From: Toensbergia leucococca
Taxonomy: Eukaryota
Reading direction: 5' to 3'
Length of the DNA stretch: 64,000 nucleotides
Assembly (NCBI GenBank): GCA_022813965.1
Contig: JALDZS010000044.1
Span: 1 to 64,000, forward strand
The notes beneath the pieces were generated by a model. That model saw nothing but the letters and a program-made list of their open reading frames with translations, ran no database searches and was not told the origin of the DNA. The position numbers and the translations under genes were made by a program. Shown piece after piece: positions 13,463-25,526 of this stretch (the first letter of the stretch is position 1; each line of letters starts with the position of its first letter).

Positions 13463-13978
13463 AATTGTGCGGAGTTTCTTAGTGGATAAGAAGCCGATGA
13501 TTTCTTTTTTTCGTCATCAGTATCAGACCAATTGTGGTAAAACATTTCATGTACGAGTTAGAGAGAATAAAAGTCACCGCTATTGTCATGAGCCTAGGAT
13601 GAAGGTCTGGCATGTTTAGATAGCTCGATGTTTCGCTTCTTACTTCTGTGGACTAGAAATCATGGCACTCATTTCCTTTGAAAGAGTTAAGCTTGACCAT
13701 CAGAAAATTGTAAAAGCCGTTGCAACTTGCAAGCTCAATTCCCTAACCGGCTGACAATAGTAGCTTGTGGTAGGTAGCACCAGTAGAACTTGGTTTAACC
13801 CCGGAAATTCCCCACACGGAGCCACGGAGCCTCGGGACACTGAGCAACTTCAATTCTCCGACCATTTAGAAAGGCTCACTCACCCTACTATGTCTAAGCT
13901 ACACTGTCTCCACGATCGAATCTACTGAGTTGTACCTTTGCCTCTGCATTCACGAGTCATCTGTCAAGGTGATATAGC

Positions 13979-15544
13979 ATGGCGGCCAATATTCCCGGAG
14001 CCTTAAAGTCGGCCGACATAAGTCGATTTGCCCAGCGAGCTGCTCAGGTCGAAAAGGCCAAGCCTGTAGTGGCCTACTGGTGTGAGAGAAGTCCCATTTT
14101 CGTCTGGTTTCTGTATTGCTGATGTGAATCGTAGGTAACTACTGGATCGTTAATCAGATCCTGTCTAAAGGCCTCCACACTGCCGATGATGAGTGCATGA
14201 CTTATACCATGTCACTTATGGACAAGCTCGAACAGGTACGATGACTACGTCTGTTAGTTTTCTGAAGCCTGGGAGGACTCATTGGGCAATAGACTAAAGC
14301 AGAACACACCGAAGACGACATCGTCATAGATGATGTGGCCGGCCAGGCGTACATCGAACAATTCGGATTCGAAACGCTTCAGAGAGCAGACAACGCAATG
14401 AGAGCAAACAAGGCTTCAAGGTATTTTGTTCGAGCTTTCGAGTGCAAAAAGGTCAACTGACAAGATGCGTCGCCAAAGGCAGACGGCAGATACATTGCAG
14501 GCAGCAGCAACATTCTTGGATCTCTGCCATATCTGGGGACCCCTCGATCCTGAGACGGCTGCTAAAATCAAATTTGCCAAATATCATGCACTACGTATTG
14601 CTAGGGCAATCAAGGCTGACGAAGATCCGAATTTGACCAATCCAGCCCCTGAGCTGCCACCTGCCAACGAGCAGCAGGCCCTTCATCCGAATGACCCAGA
14701 CGTCCAGACGCTGAATGACTGTACCCCTCTTAGCCGAGATCTAGCAGCAGCATATCAACCTTCTATTGAAGAGGTGCCTGACGAGCATGACCGATTAGTG
14801 CGCCATATGGCCCAACGGTCATCCTTGGATGAATCCTTGCACCCGTCGAGGGTACATTCGACTCAACGCCAGCCAAATCAGGGTCAGTCTGATATAGATG
14901 GAGCTTTCTCTACACAAGAGAATAATGAAGAAAACTATTATAGTGATGCTCCAGCCAGTGGAGTGTCTCTACTTGACCCATCCGTCGCCGGCCGGAAAAC
15001 TCCCGATGGTGGTGGATATTTCCCCAATGTCCCAGATTCTGTGGAAACCACTCATCAACCTCGTTCCGAAGCACCGCCAGAAGATATGAAATCTCAATTG
15101 GCAATGGACCTGCCAGATTCTTCTGCTCTTCCCCCTCCAACATCTTTATCGACACCGTTCATGCGGCCGCCTGATATCCCACCGGTAGACTTGTCGAAAT
15201 CATCTCTTCCGCCCCACCCAATCTATCCTCCATCTGTGCCTCGGTATCCGCCTCCCCACGTCTCTCCTCACCCTTCTCAGCCATCAGTAGCGCCAGATTA
15301 TGCTCTGGGATCGTCACAGCAGATCCCTCAATTTCGTCAACCCCCACACACATTACAAGGAGGTCCTTCTCTTCCTGCAGCTCCTGCTTCCTTAGACAGC
15401 CAAATAACCTACGTGGCTGATGAAGAAGCTATCCTGAAGGCTCAGAAACACGCGAGGTGGGCGATATCAGCCCTGAACTTCGAAGACGTAAGCACTGCTA
15501 TCAAAGAGCTCAGAGGTGCGCTGGGGTCACTTGGGGCAAGATAA
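13979..15544 (+). CDS. VTA1: Vta1, Vps4 cofactor of MVB sorting (4 exons)
   Basis: N-terminal MIT region (RAAQVEKAKPVVAYWC...KIKFAKYHALRI) and C-terminal VSL motif AQKHARWAISALNFEDVSTA. Confidence 0.95.
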
Positions 15545-16426
15545 GAGGTATTGGAGACTGAATCTGCGATGATACTAATGTACAGCTACAAAGTGCTACG
15601 GATGGCAACGACCCTGAAACTTAAGAAATGAGGAGCTCGGCCTATCACCGGGATAGACTGTCTCGCTCACCTACATGCCAACACATTGCCGGCGCCAAAA
15701 CATCGTTTCTGCGCTGTACAAAGATATACCTAGCCTTCTTCAAGCCTTCTTTGGAGGTCTTTTATGAAGATACTGGGATCAAAAAGATACTCAAATAAGA
15801 TCGCGAACTCAATATCCAACCGCAAGCTGCATAGGAGTTCACAATTTACTAGCACAAACTTCGGCCATCATGTCTAAGGCGATCTTTGTACATCCTAACA
15901 CGTATCTTACGAGTCCAGCATCATCTACTCCGGACATTCGTCGTACAACATATCAGGTCACCAGATGGAGCCAGAACCGACACTGAATATGTTTTCCGTG
16001 GGTTCCGTGGCAGAACGGTCGTTCAACGTGATCTTCAAGCTCAGGTGCCACGGAGTCAGAGTAAAATGTTAAGATTGTATTGGTACGGAGAGTATGGGGT
16101 ATATTAGCGAGCGATATTTGGAATTGGTACTGAGAAAGGTCTAATTGGAGAACAACCCAGGGAGATTTCTGATCTCTGATCGGTCCTCCGTGAAGCCCGA
16201 GGACTTCCGGTTCCGTGAGCGATACATGCAGGACACAGCTCTGTACTCACGTGTGTAAGGGAACTCAACACGAGATATTTGAACTAGCAATATCACATTC
16301 TACGGTGTGGCATATCTGCAAAAAAAAAAGTCGAGCCTACATAGAGTAATGCTTGCTGCGAGGCGGAGACAGGAGCTAAAAGGTCCTCATCACCCGGGGT
16401 ATATAAGTACAAAAGCAAGGAAACCC

Positions 16427-17237
16427 TCAATTTCTAAATAGCCTACTGAACATATTCCCCGCGAGATTTCTCGCCATTCCTCCAGAGTATAACGCGCTCG
16501 AGGCCAGGTTCGTTGCCTGACTGAACTTGTCGCACCGAGAGAAGGCCAGCGTGTTCGTGACCGTCAGGATCAATGCGATGACTAGAATGTAGACCAATGA
16601 TCAGCTTCTTTTCGCTCTTAAACAGCATCTTATCTCCCTATCCTCTTCCCTTCCCTTCCCAAAACAGAGATCGAAAGCCAGGGACACGCACCAACCAAAC
16701 TCAACCAAATCGGATTCCCAAACCTCACCAACGCCACAACCGCCAATACCACCCAAAGTCCTGGCTGCACATACACCGCCAGCCAGAAAAACCTCCCATC
16801 AGTCTTATTCAATTCCCTCGTCCCGGGTTCACTGGACTCAAATACCCAGTGCGAGTCGCCCGTCACGGTGTTGACTTCGTTCCACCAGCGCAGACCAACC
16901 AGGCGCCTGCCAGCGATGTTTTTCAGGTAGTAGAAGTCGGCGGCTAAGAGGAGGATGGTGATGATGAAGATTAGGACGCTTTTTGGCAGAAGTTAGTTTT
17001 AGTTTTGGGGTGGGGGGTCTTTGGAGGGTGGGAATTTACAAGTTCAGGGTCAAGTAGACACCGAAGAGGTAGACGAGGAGGGAGGCTGGAGGGGGAAGAG
17101 GGGGTCAGTTTCGAGTTAATGACGGATTGGGGGAGGAACGTACAGATTCGGAAGGCGAGGAAGATGAGGAGAGTGATAGGGTGGGAGCTGAGGCGCCAGC
17201 TTAGGTCCCCAGGGCGAGCTTGGGTTTGGGATTCCAT
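16427..17237 (-). CDS. TVP23: Golgi membrane protein Tvp23 (4 exons)
   Basis: [45 protein letters not shown] and [14 protein letters not shown]. Confidence 0.95.
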
Positions 17238-17490
17238 GATGGAGAGTGGGTGGTTTTCTTGGAAGCTCGTAACTGCCAACGTGTGAGATTCATTTACGTA
17301 TTTGGTTAGAGCTGCCACGGGCGCCCTGATCCAGGATCTTTTGGCTGCGCTAAAACCCCACACTTCTTGGCGAAGGACAGATGGCTTCAGTGTTTGGGGA
17401 CAGCTTTCAACATCCTTCTGTGGAAGGGCAGCTTTCTTATGTTTCTAATCATTGGTGAAAGTGAAATCATCACTTCATTTGAAATTCGAA

Positions 17491-19049
17491 ATGGTTTTCC
17501 TTGCTCACGTCGGTGCTTTCGCCACGAGCCTGCTGTTCTTGCAGACTGTCTGCGCTGAGGGGCTGTACACAAAGGGGTCGGCGGTGCTTCAAGTTGATGG
17601 AAAGAGCTATGAGCGCCTCATTGCAAAGTCAAATCAGGTTTCGGTGAGTTGTCGAAGCTTTCTATGTAAAGAATTATTACTAATCAAGCTATACAGATTT
17701 TAGAGTAGGCACATTTCGACAGGTTGCTAGCATTTGCTAATCCTTTTAGATTTTACGCTCCTTGGTGTGGTCACTGCAAGAATCTTAAGCCTGCCTATGA
17801 GAAGGCTGCCAAAGGACTCAGCGGTCTCGCCCAAGTAGCAGCCGTCAACTGCGATGATGAAGAAAACAAGCCATTCTGTGGTGGGATGGGTGTTCAAGGG
17901 TTCCCTACCCTGAAAATTATCAAGCCATCCAAGAAGCCCGGAAAGCCCACTGTGGAAGATTACCAAGGTCCTAGGACGGCGAAAGGCATAATTGATGCCG
18001 TAAAGCTCACAATCCCAAACCATGTTAAACGACTATCGGATAAAGGTCTCGGTGCTTGGTTAGCAGCTAGCAACGAGACTAGCAAAGCCATACTCTTCAG
18101 TGACAAGGGCACCATAAGTGCACTCATCAAGGTGCTAGCAGCCGAGTATGTCGACAGTATAAACATCGCTCAGGTCAGGGACAAGGAAGCCACAATTGTA
18201 GAGATGTTTGGAGTAGCCGAATACCCAACACTTGTTGTGCTGCCTGGAGGAGACCGTACACCTGTCAGATATGAAGGCGAACTGAACAAAGATTCCATGA
18301 AAGCTTTCCTGAGTCCCTATGCATCGCCCAAGGCAAGCTCTCCATCTAAGAAACAGAAGCCTTTGGCAGAGGCGCCAGATCGGGGCAAAGCACAAGACGC
18401 AGCAAATTCAGAGGCAGACTCGTCCTCTTTCTCTGCAGCGTCCTCTTCACATTCTTCTGCGGATGCATCAGAGGCAGCCGCGGAAGCAACAACCATTACA
18501 CTTGAAGACCCCAGTAACCCTACCGAGTCTCCGGATCCTATCGCTACCCCTGAGGAGGTTCCAAAACCAGTGGCGGTGCCAGATCTACCTCCCCCGATTG
18601 CTACTCTTTTGGCATTGGAGGAAGTGCAAACAAACTGTCTTGGCGTGAAGACTTCGACATGTATCCTAGTACTTTTGCCTTTGGTAACAGACGAAGAAGC
18701 TCCTCTTTCGGTAGCAGTGGCTACAGCCCTCGCAAGCTTGGCAGAGTTGGCGGAAAAGCACCTCCAAAGAGGAAGTAAGCTGTTTCCATTTTATTCTATC
18801 CCTGCTTCGAATCCTAGCGCTGCCAATCTTCGTGATAGTCTGGGCCTTGGGGCCAGCGGCGAGGTGGAATTATTGGCCGTGAACTCTAGAAGGAGTTGGT
18901 GGAGACACTACAAGGCTAAAAATTTCGGGATCAATTCTGTAGAAACTTGGGTGGACGCTATCAGGCTTGGGGAAGGTCAGAAGGAGAAGTTGCCTGAAGG
19001 CTTAGTGGCTGTGGAGGAGCCTGTAGGCGACGAGCATGATGAATTGTAA
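17491..19049 (+). CDS. MPD1: PDI-family ER oxidoreductase (Mpd1/PrpA-like) with signal peptide, WCGHC site and HDEL
   Basis: N-terminal signal peptide; ILEFYAPWCGHCKNL built through an 8-nt microexon (17697-17704); VQGFPTLK; C-terminal HDEL. Confidence 0.92.
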
Positions 19050-19602
19050 GGTAGCTTTGCATCAACATCAGGCGTAGAGTCTCTTTGATATGTGCTTGTC
19101 TAGAGTCAAAATGGATACCTGAAGATCTGGAAATACGAGTATCCGTAGTACATAAGATACCAAAGGTAGTGACTCTACTGCAGGTATTTGAGGGAGTTGC
19201 AAGCCCAGCTCCCTGGTCAATAGAAGGCACTAGCCCAATACAGATTAGTCTTAAAATACCTATCCTTGTCTTGGAACAATTGTTACTCCGTAGATCAAAC
19301 ATCGATCTCGTTACAACATGTAGTGGGGCAATCCACCAAAAGTGTACGACTCAACTAAGGGCAGTGTATCTTTTCCAGTTCTTGAATCAGGCAGAAATTG
19401 TCTGAAAGTTTCGATCCATCGTAGCCTGTCAAAGAAAAGAGCCTGGGAGCCTTGGCCTCGGGACGCTTTGCATTTACTACAAAGCCACTCTGCTCACATC
19501 GATTCCTCAAAATCGCTTCGATATAAATCTTAAGATTTCCAGGCCATAGAGTCCTCGAATTTGATAACTCAAACCGTGTTGAAATTTGTTGCACAGCTTA
19601 AG

Positions 19603-20313
19603 ATGGGTTCTATCCTTCATCCGAGGCAGCAGTTGGTGGGCGGTGATAGCGGTGACGACTACAATGATGGCTCGTGGTGGTACTCATCGGTGAACTCGAC
19701 TGCAATTTTATTTGCGCATTCGTGAGCTGCCTTTGCTGACTGTCATGTAGACCGCATTAATTATCAAATGGTCTGTGATAACTGCCATCTTCGTAATCTT
19801 CATGGCTTGGTTTGTTGGAGGCTATTATCATGCAAGGAGGAGAATGAAGAAGGGACTACCACCACTGGCATATCATAGGGTAGGGTCATCACAGCGAAGT
19901 CTAGACAGCTCGAGCTGAATATCTTTTAGTGGCTCGTGCCGCGTTCTCAGCGTATGCGATTCGAACCACAGCACCAAAACCCATTCTCCTTCTACCAAAG
20001 TCCGAATACATTCAATGATGGCCATCAGTTACAGACATTTCCTCCCCCGCCACCAGGTAAAACTCTTTTGCATTTGACGTTCCAGCCAGTGGCTGATGAT
20101 ATAGCCTACAACACCGACCATGTACCACCCCCAATATATCAGCCGGTGAATGGATTTTCCAAGGTCGATCCTGACCAAGACTATGCTGTTCCTCCACCAG
20201 GGCCACCGCCCACGGGAGGCCCTTCAAGTGCAAGTCACCACTACTGGGTTGACGAGTCGCGCTCCAGAGCTGGTTATGCCGAACCTCGACGAACTCCTAG
20301 CATCTTCAAGTAA
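19603..20313 (+). CDS. RCR-family single-pass membrane protein with PPxY motifs (Rsp5 adaptor-like), 4 exons
   Basis: Spliced WWYS-TALIIKWSVITAIFVIFMAWFVGGYYHARRRMKKGLPPLAYHRWL, followed by a Pro-rich tail with PPPAY and PPPIY. Confidence 0.8.
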
Positions 20314-20611
20314 ATGATGTAAAAGTTCGATTCGCATGTCCACAAGAGATCGTCCAAGTTCCTCTAGCATATCTAAGCTTCCTTCAACCGTGATTCCTGA
20401 AAGGGGTACGCGGACTCGGAGCGTAAAATATGATGATTTTTAGGTGTATTGAACCTTTCACGTTGCAAGGGATTTTGGCGGTACAGGGGCAGGCGTATGG
20501 GTGCGGAGTGCGAAAGAAGTTGTCTATCAAGGCTCCAAGTTCTCACAACCTGTGAAGCTAATATAGAGTACTCCGTATGGCGAAAGGACGAGATCCTTGA
20601 AAAGGGCTTCC

Positions 20612-21287
20612 TTATCCAATATCCATAGCATTTTCATAATCTTCATCTGAGATAGCTGTGTCATAATTAACACTGTTGTACGCCAAACCTTGCACAGATT
20701 CGGGATCCTTGGAAAATGTGGTTTCGAGTAATTGTGTTGTGTTGACATCAAGGGCCTGCTTCTCCCTTGCCCTTGCTCTAGTCTCGATGATCGCTCTCCT
20801 GACGCTGTCTTCCTCTTTAGGTATCGAGAGGGATGAAGGGACGTTGTATAAGACCATTTCACTACCGGTCACGGGCGGATTATGCGCCATGAGTACCGAC
20901 TTGGGAATCTTTGTAAATTGCTTTTCGATATCCGGTAAGAAAACGAGCTTTTCCTCATCAGACTGGGTGTCCCTTAGCTCTTCATCGAGATTGTAAATGT
21001 AGATCTTGTCTTTTGTGTCGTCTATCTGCATGGAGTCCTCGATGCTCTGGACGTGGGGGATGGGCTCCGGCGCTGAGTGCTTAACCGGGACGTAGAGGCT
21101 CCCATTTTGCTCTTTGCGCGGAGGTTAGACTCGACAAAGCGTAAAGCGAAGGTATCTATGATGACTCACCCAGGTTCATGAGATGGAACCTTTTGGCAAG
21201 TCGTTGTTCACTTTCAAGGTTGTCATCGGCGTGTCGTTTTTGCGCATGGACAGCTCGAGAATCCATCCTCCATGCTACATCGCCCAT
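20612..21287 (-). CDS. Hypothetical protein (2 exons)
   Basis: Exon 1 ...KRHADDNLESEQRLAKRFHLMNL, intron ~21112-21169, exon 2 MQIDDTKDKIYIYNLDEEL...LVFLPDIEK...MVLYNVPSSLSIPKEEDSVRRAIIETRARAR. The start may be 21266. Confidence 0.75.
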
Positions 21288-21407
21288 CTTGCAATCCGCG
21301 TTTGACTTCAACAGCCTAGCGCCGAGGGAGGATGTCTTCAGGTTCTTGCTGATTCATTCATCGACACTTGGTAGTGGCCGGCTTCACAACCTGTGAAAGC
21401 CTTTTTG

Positions 21408-24400
21408 ATGCCTGGGTTAGGAAAAGTGAGGAGTTGCCGACTACACCTAGGTCACAACATTTTGATAAAATTACCACAACTTAGGCACAACGAATTTGCC
21501 GTCAAACAGTTTACGATGACGGCTGTCTCTAACCAGGAAGAGCAATGGAGTGCTGTACGTGTACGGAGTACGTTCCTAGATTACTTCAAGAAAAAAGGGC
21601 ACACCTTTGGTAGGTAATTATGCCAAGAGTCGACAATTTGATATTGGTGTTTATGAAATGTCTAGTGCCTTCATCCTCAGTTGTACCGCTCTCAGATCCT
21701 ACCTTGCTCTTCGCAAATGCCGGTATGAACCAGTACAAGTCAATATTCCTCGGCACTGTCGACCCTTCATCCGATTTTGCCCAATTAAAACGTGCGGTTA
21801 ATTCCCAAAAGGTATATATGTCGTCCTACTACCAAGCCAATACACTAACAGGGACAGTGTATACGTGCAGGAGGCAAGCATAATGTAAGCTTCAGCCTTG
21901 TTGCGCAGAGATCTCGGCTTATTGACCCAAGGACCTCGACGATGTGGGTAAAGACAGCTACCATCATGTACGTTTCTACACTGAAACGCCAGATGCCTTG
22001 TACTCATTGTATTTCGTAGACCTTCTTTGAGATGCTCGGAAACTGGAGTTTTGGGGACTACTTCAAAAAGGAGACTATCAACTACTCTTGGGAGCTACTG
22101 ACAAAGGTCTATGGCTTGGAACCTGACCGTCTCTACGTAACTTACTTCGAGGGCAATGAATCCGGCGGTCTGGAGCCTGACCTAGAGGCGAAAGAGATCT
22201 GGAAATCAGTAGGAGTTGCTGACGATCATATTCTTCCTGGCGACATGAAGGACAATTTCTGGGAAATGGGTGATCAGGGGCCCTGCGGGCCTTGCAGCGA
22301 GGTTCATTATGATCGGATAGGGAGTCGGAACGCCGCGCATCTTGTCAATCAAGATGATCCAAATGTTCTTGAGATCTGGAATAATGTGTTTATCCAATAC
22401 AACAGGGAATCGGACAGATCATTACGCTCACTCCCGCACAAGCATATTGACACTGGTATGGGTTATGAGCGCTTAGTTTCAGTCCTTCAGAACAAGATGT
22501 CCAATTACGACACAGACGTGTTCAGTCCTCTTTTTGAAACCATACGAAAGGTCACGGGAGTCCGAGAATATAGCGGTAAATTTGGCAATGAGGACGTTGA
22601 TGGAATCGACACGGCATATCGAGTAGTTGCTGATCATGTACGATTATTGACATTCGCTATATCTGACGGAGGCATACCGAACAATGAGGGGCGAGGATAC
22701 GTGGTCCGACGAGTGTTACGGAGAGGTGCTCGATACGCTCGAAAATATCTGAACTCGGAAATTGGAGACTTTTTCTCGAAAATCGTACCGACGCTAGTGC
22801 AACAGATGGGTGACATGTTTCCAGAGATCAAAAGAAAGGAATCGGACGTGAAGGAAGTCTTGAATGAAGAAGAAGAGTCCTTTGCCAAAACGCTAGATCG
22901 AGGGGAAAGGCAATTTGAGAACTATGCTCAGCGATCAGACCAGAATAATTCGAAGAAGCTCCACGGGGCTGATGTATGGCGATTATACGATACATTTGGG
23001 TTCCCTGTTGATTTGACACGGCTCATGGCGGAAGAGAGGGGCTTGGAAATTGATGATAAAGAATTTGAACATGCGCGACTGAAAGCTAAGGAAGCAAGTA
23101 AGGGCGAGAAGAAAGCTGCTGCAGATCTTGTGAAATTGGATGTTCATGATTTGGGTAAATTGGCGCATATGGATGAAGTAACGAAGACAGACGACAGTGC
23201 AAAGTTTGGTAGAGGCAACATCAAATCACTGATCAAAGCTGTCTATCATGCTAAGCAGTTCTTGAGAGGAACGAAAGATGTAGCAGAAGGCGAGCAGCTT
23301 GGGTTGATCCTGGATCGAACAAACTTCTATGCAGAGCAAGGCGGTCAAGAGTATGATACAGGCAAGATCATAATCGATGGCGTAGCTGAGCTTGAAGTAC
23401 AAAACGTCCAGATTTATGCTGGATATGTATTACATACTGGGTATATGAAGTATGGATCTCTCTCTGTCGGTGACGAAGTCATTTGCGAGTATGATGAGCT
23501 TCGGAGATGGCCTATACGCAATAATCATACCGGTACACACATACTCAACTTTGCCTTACGCGAAGTCCTCGGAGATGGCATTGATCAAAAGGGATCACTC
23601 GTCGCGGCAGAGAAGCTCCGATTTGATTTTTCACACAAGGTTGGCATCTCAGATAGTGACCTTGAGAGGATCGAGGACTTGTCAACCAAATACATCAGAC
23701 AGAATTGCGCCGTATACTCAATGGATGTGCCGCTAGCGACGGCGCGTGAGATTGAAGGGGTTCGCGCTGTATTTGGAGAAACCTATCCAGACCCTGTTCG
23801 AGTGGTATCCGTCGGCGTCGAAGTCGAGGAACTCCTGAAAGATGCAAAAGACCCGAAGTGGAAAGAAGTGAGTGTGGAATTTTGCGGTGGCACTCATGTG
23901 CAAAAGACGGGAGATATCAAGGACCTCGTCATCCTAGAAGAGAGCGGCATTGCCAAAGGCATCCGAAGAATTGTTGCTGTGACTGGCGAAGAAGCCCACA
24001 CTATCCAGAGGCTTGCCGTAGACTTCAGCGATCGGTTATCAAGGCTGGAAAAGATGCCTCACGGACACGAGAAGGAACAAGAAGTAAAGACTACCCAGTC
24101 AGAACTCAATCAACTCTCGATATCCGCCATAACAAAAACAAAACTCCGCGATCGCTTCGCCAAGATTGTCAAGCAGCAATTAGATGAGCAAAAAGCACAG
24201 CAAAAGATCGAATCGAAGAAGGCTCTCGATACTGTGACTGACTATTTTGCAGAGAACAAGGAAAAGAAGTATCTTGTGACTAAGCTCCCAATCTCTGCAA
24301 ATGCAAAGGCCGTGAGCGAAGCTATCAACCATGTCAAAACTAAAAGCAAGGATAAGACGGTATACTTGTTCGCGGCAGATGAGCGAGAAGGAAAGGTTGT

Positions 24401-24658
24401 CCATAGCTGCTACGTTTCAGAAGTAAGATTGATTTCCTACCATTTTGGGATATTTAATGAGCCCGCTTTACTGACTGCTTGCAGGAAGCCAGTAGGCATG
24501 GTCTTTCCCCTAGTGAATGGGCCAATAGCGTTTCTCGTATCGTCGGTGGGAAGGCCGGTGGCAAAGCACCCACGAGTATTGGAAACGGGACACATGCAGA
24601 CCGAGTGGACGAAGCTGTGGAGGCTGCAACTCAGTATTTTAAGGACTTGCATTTGTGA
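21408..24658 (+). CDS. ALA1: Alanyl-tRNA synthetase (6 exons); upstream ATG 21408 (putative mitochondrial form) and ATG 21516 (cytosolic form)
   Basis: [47 protein letters not shown], editing motifs NHTGTH and EFCGGTH, C-terminal GGKAGG. Confidence 0.98.
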
Positions 24659-25223
24659 TGCAAGGACACTTGAAACTGGGGATCAGAGCTCAGGTTTGCT
24701 GTGACGTGTGCCGAAATGCTTTCATTTGTCACAAAGGATTGGGGGATTCTCAAGTGTATTGACGGACAGGCCAATGTATATTTAGGCACTACTTTTAAAC
24801 CGAGGATTGCATGGTCCTCTTTTGGAGTCTTTTTGAGGGAGACTGGGCTTAGCTAATTCCTCTATATGTACTTAAGCTCTCTGCAGCCAGAAGTGTCCTT
24901 TAGATTGATTTGAGTTCCGGTGAATCTGTAATGTTGAATTTTTCCTTGTGGTTGATGAATGAAAAACAGCCCTGAGGCATACGTACGCGTTATACGGAGT
25001 ACATAGATGAGTATGGATATTCCGTCTGAATCTACTGAAATGTCTGACTGCGAGGCTTGAATATAGGGAAAAATTCTTCTGAGCTCGACAGCTGAACCCT
25101 AATAAACAATCATGTAAGGGTAACCTTACATTAATCGTCTAGAGTTGGTGCCTGGCTTTAGGAGGTGACCAAGGTATTGTAGGCAATCTTCTAGGGTAAG
25201 GGCAAAGGGCAAGGGCTTGAAAC

Positions 25224-25296
25224 GATAAGGTCGGTAAATTTCCGAGATAAGAGATCAGATAAGAGATCAGATAAGAGATCAGATAAGATAAGATAG
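25224..25296 (+). promoter_or_regulatory. Tandem GATA-site array (12-bp unit GATAAGAGATCA x3) upstream of ATG14
   Basis: GATAAG at 25224, 25246, 25258, 25270, 25282 and 25287; ATCAGATAA at 25254, 25266 and 25278. Confidence 0.6.
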
Positions 25297-25526
25297 ACAG
25301 GCTCCTACTTGACTACGCCTAAAACAAACCTCTAGGCATGACCTCTTTTTCATCAAAGTGACCTCTCCAACAACACAACGGAAGAAGTTAACGCTCACTC
25401 GGACTTTGGCATGGCTTAAGTACAACGCACATATGTGGGAGCAGTTCGACCGCTTGAATCCTAGAACATGGCTCTGAAATATTCGCCGCGAGCCTGCAGT
25501 CACAAGAATACAAGAAATTTAAAGTC

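Noticed and set aside
25095..25102. AACCCTAA as a telomerase RNA template
   Set aside because: Only 8 nt. The spacer is under 0.9 kb, short for a Pezizomycotina telomerase RNA, and no pseudoknot or CR4/5-like element is visible.
25246..25292. 12-bp repeat as a CRISPR-like array
   Set aside because: The units are directly tandem with no spacers, the context is eukaryotic and no cas genes are present.
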